DNA of 64,000 bases from the NCBI GenBank assembly GCA_010093605.1, contig MU004184.1:2405737-2469736 (forward strand). Reading direction: 5' to 3'. The position numbers and the translations under genes were made by a program. The stretch comes from Lophium mytilinum (lineage: Eukaryota). Positions 36,175 through 47,469 of the stretch are shown here, piece after piece. Numbering within the stretch: the first letter of the stretch is position 1; every line of letters starts with the position of its first letter. The notes under the pieces are model-generated. The model was not told the origin of the DNA. It did no database searches and saw only the letters and a list, made by a program, of their open reading frames with translations.

Positions 36175-36212
36175 ACATCTCGCACCAGGTTATACATCTC
36201 GCACCAGGTTAT
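36175..36212. repeat. Perfect 19-bp tandem duplication
   Basis: acatctcgcaccaggttat occurs twice. Confidence 0.9.
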
Positions 36213-36388
36213 GTCGTGGCCTTTGCCAATCTTTCTATTGAAGTGTAGACTGGAACCGCGTGCTTCCATGTGGAGAGTAGCTTTGAGGCTGAGCCCCAAC
36301 CGTTGCGTCTAGGTTCTTCGAATCTATCCCAAGGCTCCAAGACCTGACCAGCGGAAAGTGATGCCTCGATTATCCGCTAGACTCATTT

Positions 36389-37333
36389 CTATGTAGTAGC
36401 CTTCGCCTTCTCCGCTTCCGCCTTCGTGAACTCATAAAACGCTTTCCCTGCTTCCTCCCTCGCCTTCCCCCTATCCACAAACCACTCAGGCCTCGCAGCC
36501 GCTATCTCACTCTCTAGATCCGTGATTTCGTCCCGATCCACGAGCAAACTGACACCATTCGCATCCAAACCTTTCTCTACCAGATACGCTACCGCGTTCG
36601 CACACGTATAAGCGGAGCTCATATTCACCCCAACCTTCTTCATCTTCGCATCCATCTCTGCAAAAGCTTCCTTCCCAGGCTTATACGTCCCCGGGAACGC
36701 ACCAGGCGTATATGTCATACTTGGTGCCACTAGGCTCACTGCGATGTTGAGCGGTCCTGAGTTTCGTGGTAAAGAGCGTAGCAGGGCGGTGGCCGCGTGC
36801 TTGGACGCGGAGTAACCTGGCATGCCTGAGACGCCTTCGTAGCCAGCCATTGATGACATGATCACGATGCTTCCACCAGAGGGATTCTGGTTCTTCTTGA
36901 GATAGTGGATACCAAGCGCAACCGTGTACATCGTTCCCTTGATATCGATCTCCACCGCGATCATATCCAGCGGTTTTAGGCCCCCCTCGCCATCTTCCTG
37001 AAGATTGAAGTATTGCCCCGCGGGCTCGGCGAGGCCGGCGTTGGGAACAACGATGTCGATGCGGCCAAACTTCTCATATGTGGCAAGAAATGCGGCAGAG
37101 AGGGCGGACCAGTCGGAGAGATTGAGGTTGATGCGCAGGGTACGCGGAGATTCGAGCGGAATCTTGGTTGGCGGCGTTTTTCGGCCGCAGATGAAGGCGA
37201 TGTTGGCGCCAAGGGAGTAGAAAAGCTCTGCGGTTTCGAGGCCAATGCCAGAAGAGGCGCCGGTTATGAGAACCGTTTTACCTTTGAAGGAGTAAGAGTC
37301 GGTGGGGACCTGAATTGCTTCGCCGTTCGGCAT
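36389..37333 (-). CDS. Short-chain dehydrogenase/reductase
   Basis: TGASSGIG, GRIDIVVPNAG and YSASK catalytic motif; 314 aa, intronless. Confidence 0.95.
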   Translation of the reverse strand: MPNGEAIQVPTDSYSFKGKTVLITGASSGIGLETAELFYSLGANIAFICGRKTPPTKIPLESPRTLRINLNLSDWSALSAAFLATYEKFGRIDIVVPNAGLAEPAGQYFNLQEDGEGGLKPLDMIAVEIDIKGTMYTVALGIHYLKKNQNPSGGSIVIMSSMAGYEGVSGMPGYSASKHAATALLRSLPRNSGPLNIAVSLVAPSMTYTPGAFPGTYKPGKEAFAEMDAKMKKVGVNMSSAYTCANAVAYLVEKGLDANGVSLLVDRDEITDLESEIAAARPEWFVDRGKAREEAGKAFYEFTKAEAEKAKATT

Positions 37334-38039
37334 GATGGGCTTTCAGAAGATGTGGTTGAGGGCAAAGGTTCTAGTTGATTGCAGGAGAAAAGTGTGGTTG
37401 AAGCCATTTTCAATGGGACGGATTGGATCGTTATATGTGGACATAGTGGATATGGGCATCGAGGCAAGAACGGATCTGAGTATGTCCGAAACACTCTTCT
37501 TGAGTTCACATCGCTTCTCTATCTTCCGGACGGTTCAGAGTAAGTCCGTCTCCCTACTCTCAGAAGAGTTCCAATCAAGCTTTCCCCGCATAAGAAACTC
37601 CCCCGCGCCTATCACCCCGCACCGTCAATCTTAAATCCTACCAACACAATTTATACTGTTCCGGCGCGATCGCCGGACTTTACCGGGTTTTGGGGGCCGA
37701 ATAGTCCCGGTTTGGGATTCAACCCACCACGACTTCCTGGGAGACTTGGGAAGTAGCAGCACAGTCTGAGTGGGCAATGGGGGTGCTAATTTTCATTTAT
37801 TGGCCATGAACATGAAAGCATGCATTTGATGAGTGGGCTTACTAGCACGTCACGTGACAATCAGGTTCTCATCCAGGCGGCCTTCCCAGAGCTTTCAACT
37901 CGACACAACTCTCGGCTCGACACCAGTGTCGACTGGAATTATCTCAAAGGACTGAGACATAAGTTTGGGCGCTCCATACAATTGCTTGGGGTACTCCGAC
38001 TGGCTTTTGAACTCCAAAATCGATGTAAAAGCTAACCTA

Positions 38040-38466
38040 GGACGAGCCTAATTATCACCCCCCTTTTTGCTACGTATCACCCCCCCATTTTGCTACATAT
38101 CACCCGCCCTGGATTTAGCCTCGCTCCAGCCTGTAACATCTTTCTTCCGCCAGTTAGGCTATTACTTTGGCTATACTAGTGCTTAATAAAAGTTCTAATT
38201 CACTAAAAGCACCGGATCTTTCTGCCGGACAAGCAGGCTCTATTTCTTTGTCCCCAGCAGTCAACCAGCCCTCAAGAATAGCCTTTGTCTACTCCTGAGG
38301 AGAAGGATATTCGTAGTAAAGGAATCGGTTGTGGACCGTGGTAATATGGGGTATGCGGCGTACCATTTAATTAGCAGCTAAGAGGTAGCTATCCAGGCGC
38401 TTTCGTTTGGGAGGGGGAGCAGGGGGTGATATGTAGCAAAAAGGGGGGTGATAATTAGGCTCGTCC
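38040..38466. mobile_element. Non-autonomous TIR element (MITE), 427 bp
   Basis: About 45-bp TIRs (GGACGAGCCTAATTATCACCCCCCTTTTTGCTAC[G/A]TATCACCCCC) with one mismatch. Perfect 8-bp TSD ctaaccta (38032-38039, 38467-38474). Confidence 0.92.
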
Positions 38467-38818
38467 CTAACCTATAGTATGTTGGGCTACCTTTTGACAG
38501 AGTGTCGAATAACCAAGAATGGAGCCAAAGCAGTGCTATGTTTACGTGCTCAGGCCTATAACGTGGTACTATAGGTGCACTCCCTACAAGAGATAATATT
38601 AGAGAGTTTTAGCAAGCGTGAGAGAGATGTTGCAGGCCATTATTAAAGAATAAAGGTATAAATCATCAGCACAGTCAAGCGGTGCGCTACACCCAAACAG
38701 ATAATGGAAGTCGTCACCTGTGAACAGTTTCTATCCATGAGAGAGCGTGAATAATGGTTAATATCTTCAACAAGCAGCACTAAAAGTTATTTTGTTTGCC
38801 CTAGTCTTATCCTTCTCA

Positions 38819-39343
38819 TTATACAATTAAGATTGCAAAGGTTATAAAAGACAAGATGTTCTTCTTCAACCTCCAGCGTAAAGCTAGAAAGCCAATGAAA
38901 AAAAAGGGTGCCAAAGGCACAAGCAGGACCGAACACCTCATGATCTCAGGGTCTACGAGTAGGACACCGCCCACCGATGTTGCCGCGCTCGCTATCCAGC
39001 GCAAGGTTTCAGGGAGGACCCTTATCTCTGCTGCACAAGGCTCGCAGGGGGTCAACTTCCGAGCATCCGCCACGGTCACATTGCGAACAATGAAAACCTA
39101 CAAGAGCCCACGGGCGAGACCCATCAGCGCTGTCTCCATGCCGATGGTGCAACAACATGAAGTGGAACGATACCTGTCCCGGGAAGCAAGGGGGAACGCC
39201 CCAAGAGTGGATGATAGCACCGATTTGAGAGACCAGAGAGCCCGAACCAAAATGGTCTTCGTGAACTCCAGAAACCCAGACCAGGCGTCCGTGCCCTCCC
39301 TTCCCTTCATCGAAAGTGGTGTCCGTTGATGATGATGGTGCAA
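38819..39343 (-). pseudogene. Possible membrane-protein gene with in-frame TAG (start unknown)
   Basis: ORFs 39098-39343 and 38819-39079 are in the same frame, separated by one TAG. Hydrophobic C-terminus; TATA-like site near 39527. Confidence 0.3.
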
Positions 39344-39973
39344 TTCTTGTTTGAAGCTGAAATGCGAAGAAGCTCGAGCGGTAGTTTAGAGGCAATTGCA
39401 GCCCTGATGGCGGTGGGCGTCGAGCATCTACCAAAGACAAGCCAAAGACAAGTCAAAGACAGCGTGTGGCTTGCGAAGCTTGTTGCGCATGAGGAAAAAA
39501 AGTTCTGCTCGGGGGGCCGACGACGTTTTTATAGGCGAGATTCTTGGGGGTGACTAAGCAGCACGTGCGAGAGGCATGACCACAACCTCCAGTCACGAAG
39601 GCGGGGAGTCGCGATCTACGAGAGCGAGACACGTGATTACACTCCGATCTGTGAATTGGCGTCGCCCAAGCGGCTTCTCGCCTGGGTTTTGTGATGTCCT
39701 GGAGTCTGTCCAACCGGCCAGCCTGTTTTCAAGGAGCAACGCTAGTGGCTCTGAGTTACCATCTGGGTCTCTTTAACCACCTCGACACCACTACTTTGGT
39801 GCTTTCGAAGAACGGGATTGAGTGCAACTTTTACCTTGTGCCTATACCTTTCTCTCAACGCTTGTTCACTCGACGCGCTATATTGCGACCTGCTCCAACA
39901 ACTCCACCCCTTAAACCAAAGCCAAAGCCAAACACGGAAGCTTATACTACCAAAACAATCAACGGATACCACG

Positions 39974-40840
39974 ATGCCCCGACATAAGCACCGCCGCACC
40001 CGCCCTCCACCGAAGCGAGACCGTCATATCGAAGCCCTCCCGCCCGCCGACACTATGACTTCTACACCCGGAGTCCCTATAGCGCCCACAGCCCTCCCCC
40101 AAGCTCCTGTCCTTCCCCCCGAGCTCCGCCGCCAAATCTGGCCACAAGCCTTGATTCCCACTCAGCGTCAATGGCTCACCCTCTCGCGCAACGTCGGTGA
40201 CAACACCATCACGATAACGCCTCCGCCTCTTGGTATCCTGCAAGCGTGCGCCGAGTCCCGTAATTTCGCCCGGGAAGAGATGTTAGCGAAAGGCCTCGTC
40301 CTGACCCTGACGACGGCGTGGTGGCCCCTTAGCACACCGAGCGAGATATACTTCAACTATGAGACTGATATTCTCCACGTGCACACGAACCTCGACGGCA
40401 ATCCTCCCAAAGAACCAGGTGCCAGCGAACACAGCGTGGACAGAAAGCTTGCTTCATTGTCCAGTCGGTTGAGCGTCGAGCAGCGGGCTAGCATTAGTCA
40501 TCTGGCAGTCTCGTGCCTGCCGACGACGTACAAGATGAGCATGCAAGAACGGCACGCGGTCGGGGAGCAGTTGCAGTTATTTGAGAATCTGGCCAGTCTG
40601 AGGGTCGTGGTAGTGTATTTACCGGAGGACACGAAGGTAGCTGGGAAGAAGAAGAATTGGAAAGAGCTGGGCAGGCCAGTGAAGACATTGTTTGAGGGGA
40701 TCGTGAAGATGACCACTACGGCGATGAAGCAGAGGTCCGAGTGCTGGGGGCCGTACGTCCAACTTTACGCTCATGAGATTGAGTTGCAGGATGTAGACGA
40801 TAGCGATGATGAGCGGAGGCGTACGAATGCGCGGAAGTAG
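39974..40840 (+). CDS. 2EXR-domain protein
   Basis: LPPELRRQIWPQAL..PLGILQACAESR..IYFNYETDIL is the 2EXR signature; ATG at 39974. Confidence 0.8.
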   Translation: MPRHKHRRTRPPPKRDRHIEALPPADTMTSTPGVPIAPTALPQAPVLPPELRRQIWPQALIPTQRQWLTLSRNVGDNTITITPPPLGILQACAESRNFAREEMLAKGLVLTLTTAWWPLSTPSEIYFNYETDILHVHTNLDGNPPKEPGASEHSVDRKLASLSSRLSVEQRASISHLAVSCLPTTYKMSMQERHAVGEQLQLFENLASLRVVVVYLPEDTKVAGKKKNWKELGRPVKTLFEGIVKMTTTAMKQRSECWGPYVQLYAHEIELQDVDDSDDERRRTNARK

Positions 40841-41842
40841 GATACTGGCTTGTCCAATGAGACTCTATAAATGCCCTATTAGAGAGATAGCTTTCTATGG
40901 ATTTCAAGCCTCGAAGCCTTCGCACTCCCCGTCAAGCAATCTTTCGGACACCTCGCCCGCAAATCTAGCGGATGTGTAAGATTAGTGAAGAGTGGAAGAT
41001 ACCTTATTCTTGCGCGTGTGTCCAGGAGATTTTAGTGCAAGATTTGAAAGATGAAGATAGTCCTCGGGATGTGGAAGTAATACAAGTCGATGTTTTTGAG
41101 GTTGAAGAAGCTGAAAGCCCAAGACTAAGATTGGTCAGGAGCTGCGAATCAACTGCCTAGACTAGAAAAGCTCAAGGCCAACTCTTCATGTCGCATCACT
41201 TGAAAGTGAGCGTTTTGCCTCTGTTTGATCACTTGGAAGAACCCCAGTCTAATCAAGAAAATGATAAAAATAATGTAATCTGTGTAGCGTTCAAATTCAA
41301 ACCTAACAGCAGACGTGGCATGGGAAAAAATGAAGGCCCCTTTGGCAATGTTACGTGTAGAGACGAGTTGTGCAATGCGTAAGGAGTCTAGATCGTAATG
41401 TTTACCTTAACGTACTAACACAAAAATGATCATAGTCCAGTGCTTCTCGCTATATCATTTCCGAATTGAAAGGTGGTGAAAAACCATGTTATATTATGCA
41501 GAGCACCGAGTGGCCAGATGTCATTCAGCCTACAGTATAAGCTTATGAGTTTAGGCAGTCGGGTATACGACAGTTAAAGCTTCACTCTTGCTCTCTAGAT
41601 ACCACTGTAAGGAGCGCTCTACGCTGCATGACTCTACCTAATAAAAGTCCGTGTGGTTTCCACCGCATTAACCTTCACATCGAATACAAGGTTTCGACAG
41701 GTACCCCAAGCAGTGGTAGGGAGTATCCAAACTTATCTCTTTGTACTGCACTTTTAAGCTAAATGACTTACTAAACCATCCCGTGCTCCTTTGAGATCAC
41801 CTAGGGACCTCCAAAAAGATTTTCGAACATAGCCAGCATCCT

Positions 41843-43367
41843 CTACATCTCATACCCATACCGCTCTGGCGCCTGGCCTTTATTCCGCCTCTCAGACCTC
41901 ACCTTCTCCGCCAAATCATAATCCCGCCGCGTCTTTTCGGCTTTCGCTATCTTCTTCGCCGCAATAGCCCTCCGTTCTGCCTTCTCGAGACACTTCGCAC
42001 ATACCCACTTCTCATTCTCCTTGGGTATCTCGGCTTCCTTCATTCCAATACACGGGATATGATACCACTCAACCTCACACTTAACTCCCTGGCACATCTC
42101 GCAGTCTTTCTCAAACACCCCGCAACTCTCGCAGCCCTTGTTCGTATTATCGCACTTGATCATAGTGCCGCCAAAATCGTGGAGCCCGCAGGTGCAGCAG
42201 TGAACCTCACCTACTTGCTCGGTGCAGATAGGGCAGAACCAGTCACGCTCGTCGAGAAGCTGCTCCGGGGTAACGGTGATGCTAATGCAAGAAAGGTGGA
42301 AGAGGGGATCCCCGGGGTGGTTCTGAAATTTACATCGCATCAGCTTCTCTCCGGCGTTTTTGCGACCTTGGCAGAAGCAGTGGTTCTCTAGACTACGGCA
42401 GTCGGCGCAATACCATGCAGTGTTGCCGCGTGGGCGACGGAGAAGACCGGCGCATGATTTGAGGTGGGACGTCTTCTTGCACCATTTGTTGTGGCATGAG
42501 ATGAGGCTCTCGGCTTTCTTCTTCCCGCAATGGCAAGCGGACTCGGCGTTGGGTGGAGCCGTCTGAGCTCCTTCGTTGGTGGTCAGTTTTCCGAAGGAGA
42601 GGGTGAAGTTGGTTGGCGAAGCTTCACGACGGCGCAGGTTTAGGGCGGAGCGATTCGGAGGTTCTGCAGTAGTTCTATCGTACTGTTGTCGAAGGTGAGA
42701 GCGCCGTCGTGCACGATTGGATTCGTCAGTCATTTCCGGACTCCGACTCCTTGTCCGCCAGCTAGGCTGAGCCACCTTGTTCGATCCATCGCGCTTCAGT
42801 GCCTTGAACATATTAAACATCCCGACCTCCCGGTCCCCTAATTCACTAAAGCCACCCGCCTTACTCATCTAAATTACTAGCTGGTTATCCTTGAAGTTCT
42901 TTACGGCGAACTTATTCGTCTGCCAAGCATTTGGATTAAATGTCGTTACAGTTAGTGTAATTGTTCTTCCTGTGCTGCTTTACAATATCTATATACTTTG
43001 CCTTCGCCTCATTAACTTGGCCCTATAGCTGCTCTTAATACTTCTCTAGTTTCTTGCGATATTCGGCCGGCCCATCAGGTTGTGTCCGAAGGCTCTTGAA
43101 TCTAGTGATGTTACGAGCCTTTTTAACCTCCGGCTAAGAGTCAACGGTGTTGAGCAAATATATCTTGCAGAGAAACTTGCGAGAATGTTTACTTACCCTC
43201 GCAGTTGAGTTATGGTCCACGCAGTTCGGAGCGCAGAATGTAGGCTTGGTTATATGAATCTAGTGCTTACATTGGAGTTTGTGATAGTAACCGCTGTATA
43301 ACCAGGGGGTAGTAGTTAGTGTAGTCCTAAAGTTGTGGGTTTTAAGGAAGTGGGCGTCGAACGGCAT
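41843..43367 (-). pseudogene. Multi-PHD family copy 1; 5' third destroyed by RIP, three PHD fingers still open
   Basis: ATG at 43367 gives MPFDAHFLKTHNFRTTLTTTPWLYSGYYHKLQCKH*IHITKPTFCAPNC, matching the paralog N-termini. Stops at 43260, 43134, 43035 and 43023 plus a frame shift. ORF 41843-42868 holds the PHDs. Confidence 0.8.
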
Positions 43368-44598
43368 TATGGCTGTATGGGTGCTACGTGCATTTAGTGG
43401 AGTAGAGACTAAAAGTTTAGGGTATAGGATTGAAGTGGTTGTAGAAAAGTAACGAGTTCAAAGCTAGGAAATAAAGCAACAGAGTAAACGGATTATCAAT
43501 GCACAGGCACCCTAGTGAATTAGAGCACCCTGTGTTATCTTACTAGATGCTCCTTAGCTTCAATGCGCTCTTACTTGTGTTTTAGGGAAATAATGGTCAC
43601 GGTGAATCTGAAGAGGGGCCTTGCATTGTTACGGAAAAAGATAGGGCTAGCTCTTGACTGATCTTGGAGGCTGATTGAAATCAGAGACTCTGATATTCTC
43701 AAGATGGGACGATTATAGAATAGTGTACGGACGGTTACCCAACCATAACTTCTGTGGCTACGACTATGTTCGGAGCAAACCCCGAGACTAGCGGGAAACA
43801 GAGACCTCAGGACAGAGAGTTTACAGGATAGACGAAACAGCTCATTCTTTCACGTTAGTACCTCAAATCACCGTCGAGCGCTTACGCATGCTGATCCTCT
43901 TTTCTCGCCTTCCTTCTCGCGGGTCATAAGGACCATAAAAATATATCAAGCGGAGGCCAGATTAGTACAACGATGAGAGGTGTGCACTTTGGCTTTACCT
44001 CCTTGTTCGATGAGATGTTGTTGGTCCTGCTAGTGAAATAGTCGCTGTATGACCTCATGAACGTAAGCGTGAGCGGGCAAGCGAAAGGTGTAGTGGGCTA
44101 CTAGCCGAGCACATGATCACTAAAACGCAAGCGGCTCGGGCATATTGACAAAGGTATCGATTTCATCACGGTGAGGGTCATGGAGGGCATCAATTTATCA
44201 GATTTATCTCGAAAGCACTTCACATTTAACCCGTTAATCCAACAGAGTAAGAGTCTATTACTATGGAGGTCTTTCGTGACCATAAGATCATAGAGATAGT
44301 AAGCTACAAGGACAAGCCCAGTGCTTCACACTAAGCCCTACAGTTGAGATCAGGGACCTCAAGCCGCCTTGCTTACAGCATCCGAGAACGAAGATTCTGA
44401 AAAGATTGTGAGAAAGCGACCTGTAGCGAGGAATCTGATCACTACTCTCACAAAACCGCGCGTAAAGGCAGTCTCCTTCATCATGCGATTTGGAGAGACT
44501 TGCTCAATAATCGTTCACCGCTATAGCTCTCGGTCCGTCCCGCTAATAAGTTTGTCTGACGCCCCCCCATGAGCGCCTACCATATGTTATCGAGCCGT

Positions 44599-46212
44599 CT
44601 ACTGTTCCATATCCATTTGGCGTATTCCTTGCGCCAAGTCGCCCACATCGACGTCGCGAAATCGCTTCGGTAGCAAACCCTTCGTTGCCCGCTCTGATCG
44701 CCTCAGCCCTGCTACTTCGGGCTTATGCTGTTTCACAGCGCCTTCTTTCGCCTTCTCCGCTGCGAGGCGCTTGCATTGAGCACGGTCTAGGCACTTCCTG
44801 CACTCCCACTTTTCTTGCTTTGGAACTTCCGTCATGCCCACGCATGGAAGGTGATACCATCCCACAGGGCATCGGTCGTCAGAGACTCGGCAAAGCGGGC
44901 AATCTTCATCGTAATGGTCGCAATCTTCACACCCTCGGTTCTCGTATTCACACGCAATCATAGCGATGCCGAAGTCAGGAAGCCGGCAAACACAGCACTT
45001 TGCCGCACCTTTGTTGGCCAAGTCGCAAGAGGGACAATACCAGTCCTGCTTGCCTAGTCGCTGATCTTCCGTGACAGTCAGCTCTACGCAGGATAGGTGG
45101 AACTGAGAGGTCTTGCAGCCACGTCCGTGACAAGAGATTAGTGCGTCCTCTTTGCGTCCACGGCAGTAGCATTGCTCCGGCAGGTCGCTACAGGACGCAC
45201 AAAGCCATCGCCTAGACGGACGCTTCTCAAGCTTAGCGCACGACTTCAAGTGATAGGTCTGCTGGCACCATTTGTTGTCGCAGATGATAACGAACTCTTC
45301 CTTTGAAGATCCGCATGGGCAAACGGACTTTGAGGCTGGGAGATTGGGATTTCGAGTGTCGTTTTTTTCGTATTGGGGCTTGGGTTTCAGCGACATGCTA
45401 TCGAACATGCAATGCATGTCCGTCGGCGAGGCGGAACGGGGTCGCCATTTACCACGTCGGTCATTCTGCGGCTCGTTTGCGAATCGATCGTGCATACGCC
45501 TGAGGCCTCGTCCAGGGGACCGCTGTCGAGTTCCATCCGAGTTTGGATTTGTCGACCGGCCATCTCGACCAGGGCTCCTACTTCGATCGCGCCATGGGCG
45601 TTCAGGGGCGACAGCTTGACGCATTTTTGTGTCCGCCTTTCGTGCGGCTCGATCGAATCGCTCAAGGATGTTGAAATTTTCAGTCTCCTCCAACTCTCCC
45701 AGCCCGTCGATTCCGTTCTTGGTAGTCATGTCCTCCAATCTCGCAGCGAGTTTATCCCCATCAAGGTCATCTACAGCGAATCTGTATTTATCCCATTCCT
45801 TGATCTCGAAAGAGTCGCTACCAACGTAGTACTCCCTCGATTTGTTAATGCCTTCAAAGTACTCCAGTTTGACCTCCACAACACGCCTCCACAGCTTACG
45901 GCGCTCAGCAAGCACTTCTCGAATTCCCTTGCCATTACCGGCAACCAATGGCTTACGTTCCTCGGCCCTAGCAGCCGCCAAGGATTCTGCCACCCCTTCC
46001 CAAGTCTCCATGACCTTAAGCATACATATTACGCAAAGGAACCTAGGATTCTGCTCGTTGCGGGCCATGTGTGGGTAAGGCTCGGAGCAGTTCGGCGCAC
46101 AATAGGTCGGTTGGCTGGTGTGTGCCCAATGACCGCATACCAGCTTGTGGTAATTAGCCAGGAAGATGCAGGGCACGGTCGTAGGCGTGGTTCCAAACTC
46201 CCTTGCTGCCAT
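44599..46212 (-). CDS. Multi-PHD family copy 2 (N-terminal Cys/His domain + 3 PHD fingers)
   Basis: ATG at 46212 (MAAREFGTTP). Three C4HC3-type fingers ending WLCASC, WYCPSC and WECRKC; the third is ING-like (MIACE..GWYHLPCVGM..PKQEKWEC). Confidence 0.85.
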   Translation of the reverse strand: MAAREFGTTPTTVPCIFLANYHKLVCGHWAHTSQPTYCAPNCSEPYPHMARNEQNPRFLCVICMLKVMETWEGVAESLAAARAEERKPLVAGNGKGIREVLAERRKLWRRVVEVKLEYFEGINKSREYYVGSDSFEIKEWDKYRFAVDDLDGDKLAARLEDMTTKNGIDGLGELEETENFNILERFDRAARKADTKMRQAVAPERPWRDRSRSPGRDGRSTNPNSDGTRQRSPGRGLRRMHDRFANEPQNDRRGKWRPRSASPTDMHCMFDSMSLKPKPQYEKNDTRNPNLPASKSVCPCGSSKEEFVIICDNKWCQQTYHLKSCAKLEKRPSRRWLCASCSDLPEQCYCRGRKEDALISCHGRGCKTSQFHLSCVELTVTEDQRLGKQDWYCPSCDLANKGAAKCCVCRLPDFGIAMIACEYENRGCEDCDHYDEDCPLCRVSDDRCPVGWYHLPCVGMTEVPKQEKWECRKCLDRAQCKRLAAEKAKEGAVKQHKPEVAGLRRSERATKGLLPKRFRDVDVGDLAQGIRQMDMEQ

Positions 46213-47469
46213 TTTGCCAGTGGAGTAACGCTTCGACCGGGATGTTGGAGGAGAAAGATAGAATGTTTGGGAGTTGGGATTGACCGATTGAGTGGGGTGG
46301 TGGGTGTGCTGCTCAGTGGATCTGTGTTTGAAGCCGCGGCTCTGTGGTGCGAGAGGTCGCCCTTTGTAGTCCCACGGAAGAGGTGAAATTGAAGAAACAG
46401 ATCCGGCAGCTGCTCTCCGCAACATCCTTGTGCATTCACATGCACCAGAAAGACATATACGCCATTTCTTGACTGTGAATCATCCGGTCGAAAGGATCTT
46501 ACCACTGAAACCAGTGTTATGAACTACGGCAGCCTGATTTTTAAACGGGATGGCGAGCTCGTAGGCTCAGCGACCATCTAGAATGGTTGCCTTTGGAGGA
46601 GAACTGAAGCTTTTTGAGAACCGAAGCTATCATCTCATCTCTAGTTAGAGCTTGGGGTAGTGCGGTGGTATTAAATGCTTATTTCTTGATTCTTCTATTG
46701 CTTTAGGCATCGTTACCATTTAAGCCAGCCTACTCTCAACTTTCTTTACGTCAGGTTGTTATGATTGTAGTGTTAGTGAGCTGAATATATGCTAAGCCGA
46801 ACACTTTGCTGCTCCGTGTGAAGTTTACAACAGCTTTCGGCTTTCGAGATTCTCGATGTAGCGATGACCTCTTGTACATGAAATCCGCCTACGACCACTA
46901 TTAAGGACTTACCAACTTCTAGGGTTGGTCACTAAGAGGTCGATATAGAGCTATGCTCACGGAGCTGCATGATATACAACACATAGAGCCCCTCATGTTC
47001 AATGCACTGAAAGGTATACGGCACTAGAAAGGATATAGCGGCTATCCCACACCAGCGCAGGGACACGGCGCTGAAATATCTGCTTAAGAATGCATTGTTC
47101 AGAGCATGTGTTCTTTGTGGTCGCTCACAGTTTGTCCCTTGCTTGCTTCCAATACGGATCTTGAACATCACATCAGTACTGGCAAACACTTTCCGTCGTC
47201 ATCCACTAAGTCACTAGATCGCAGTCTTGAAGGTAAAGGGCACTGCATACGTAAGGACAATCTACCCAGCAATGAATGAATTATTCTCTAATATCGCAAC
47301 GTTCATATGCCACTTCCCAAACACAGCGAGTTATCGGGAGGATCAAAGATCTATCCGGTGGCGTCGGGCTTCATTACTCCGCCATGAGATCAATGGACTG
47401 CAACTATGGATACATCTTTAAAACATAGTCAAGAATGAGTACCTCTGCTGGGGAGACATAATGCCCTCT

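Noticed and set aside
11891..43262. Stop-codon reassignment or A-to-I editing as the general explanation for the in-frame stops
   Set aside because: The stops replace both Gln and Trp and include TAA. They co-occur with RIP-type missense changes and frameshifts, and TAG is used as a normal stop in intact genes.
45373..46386. 337-aa plus-strand ORF (and similar antisense ORFs such as 14168-14887 and 10694-11317)
   Set aside because: Antisense shadows of real genes, with no motifs of their own.
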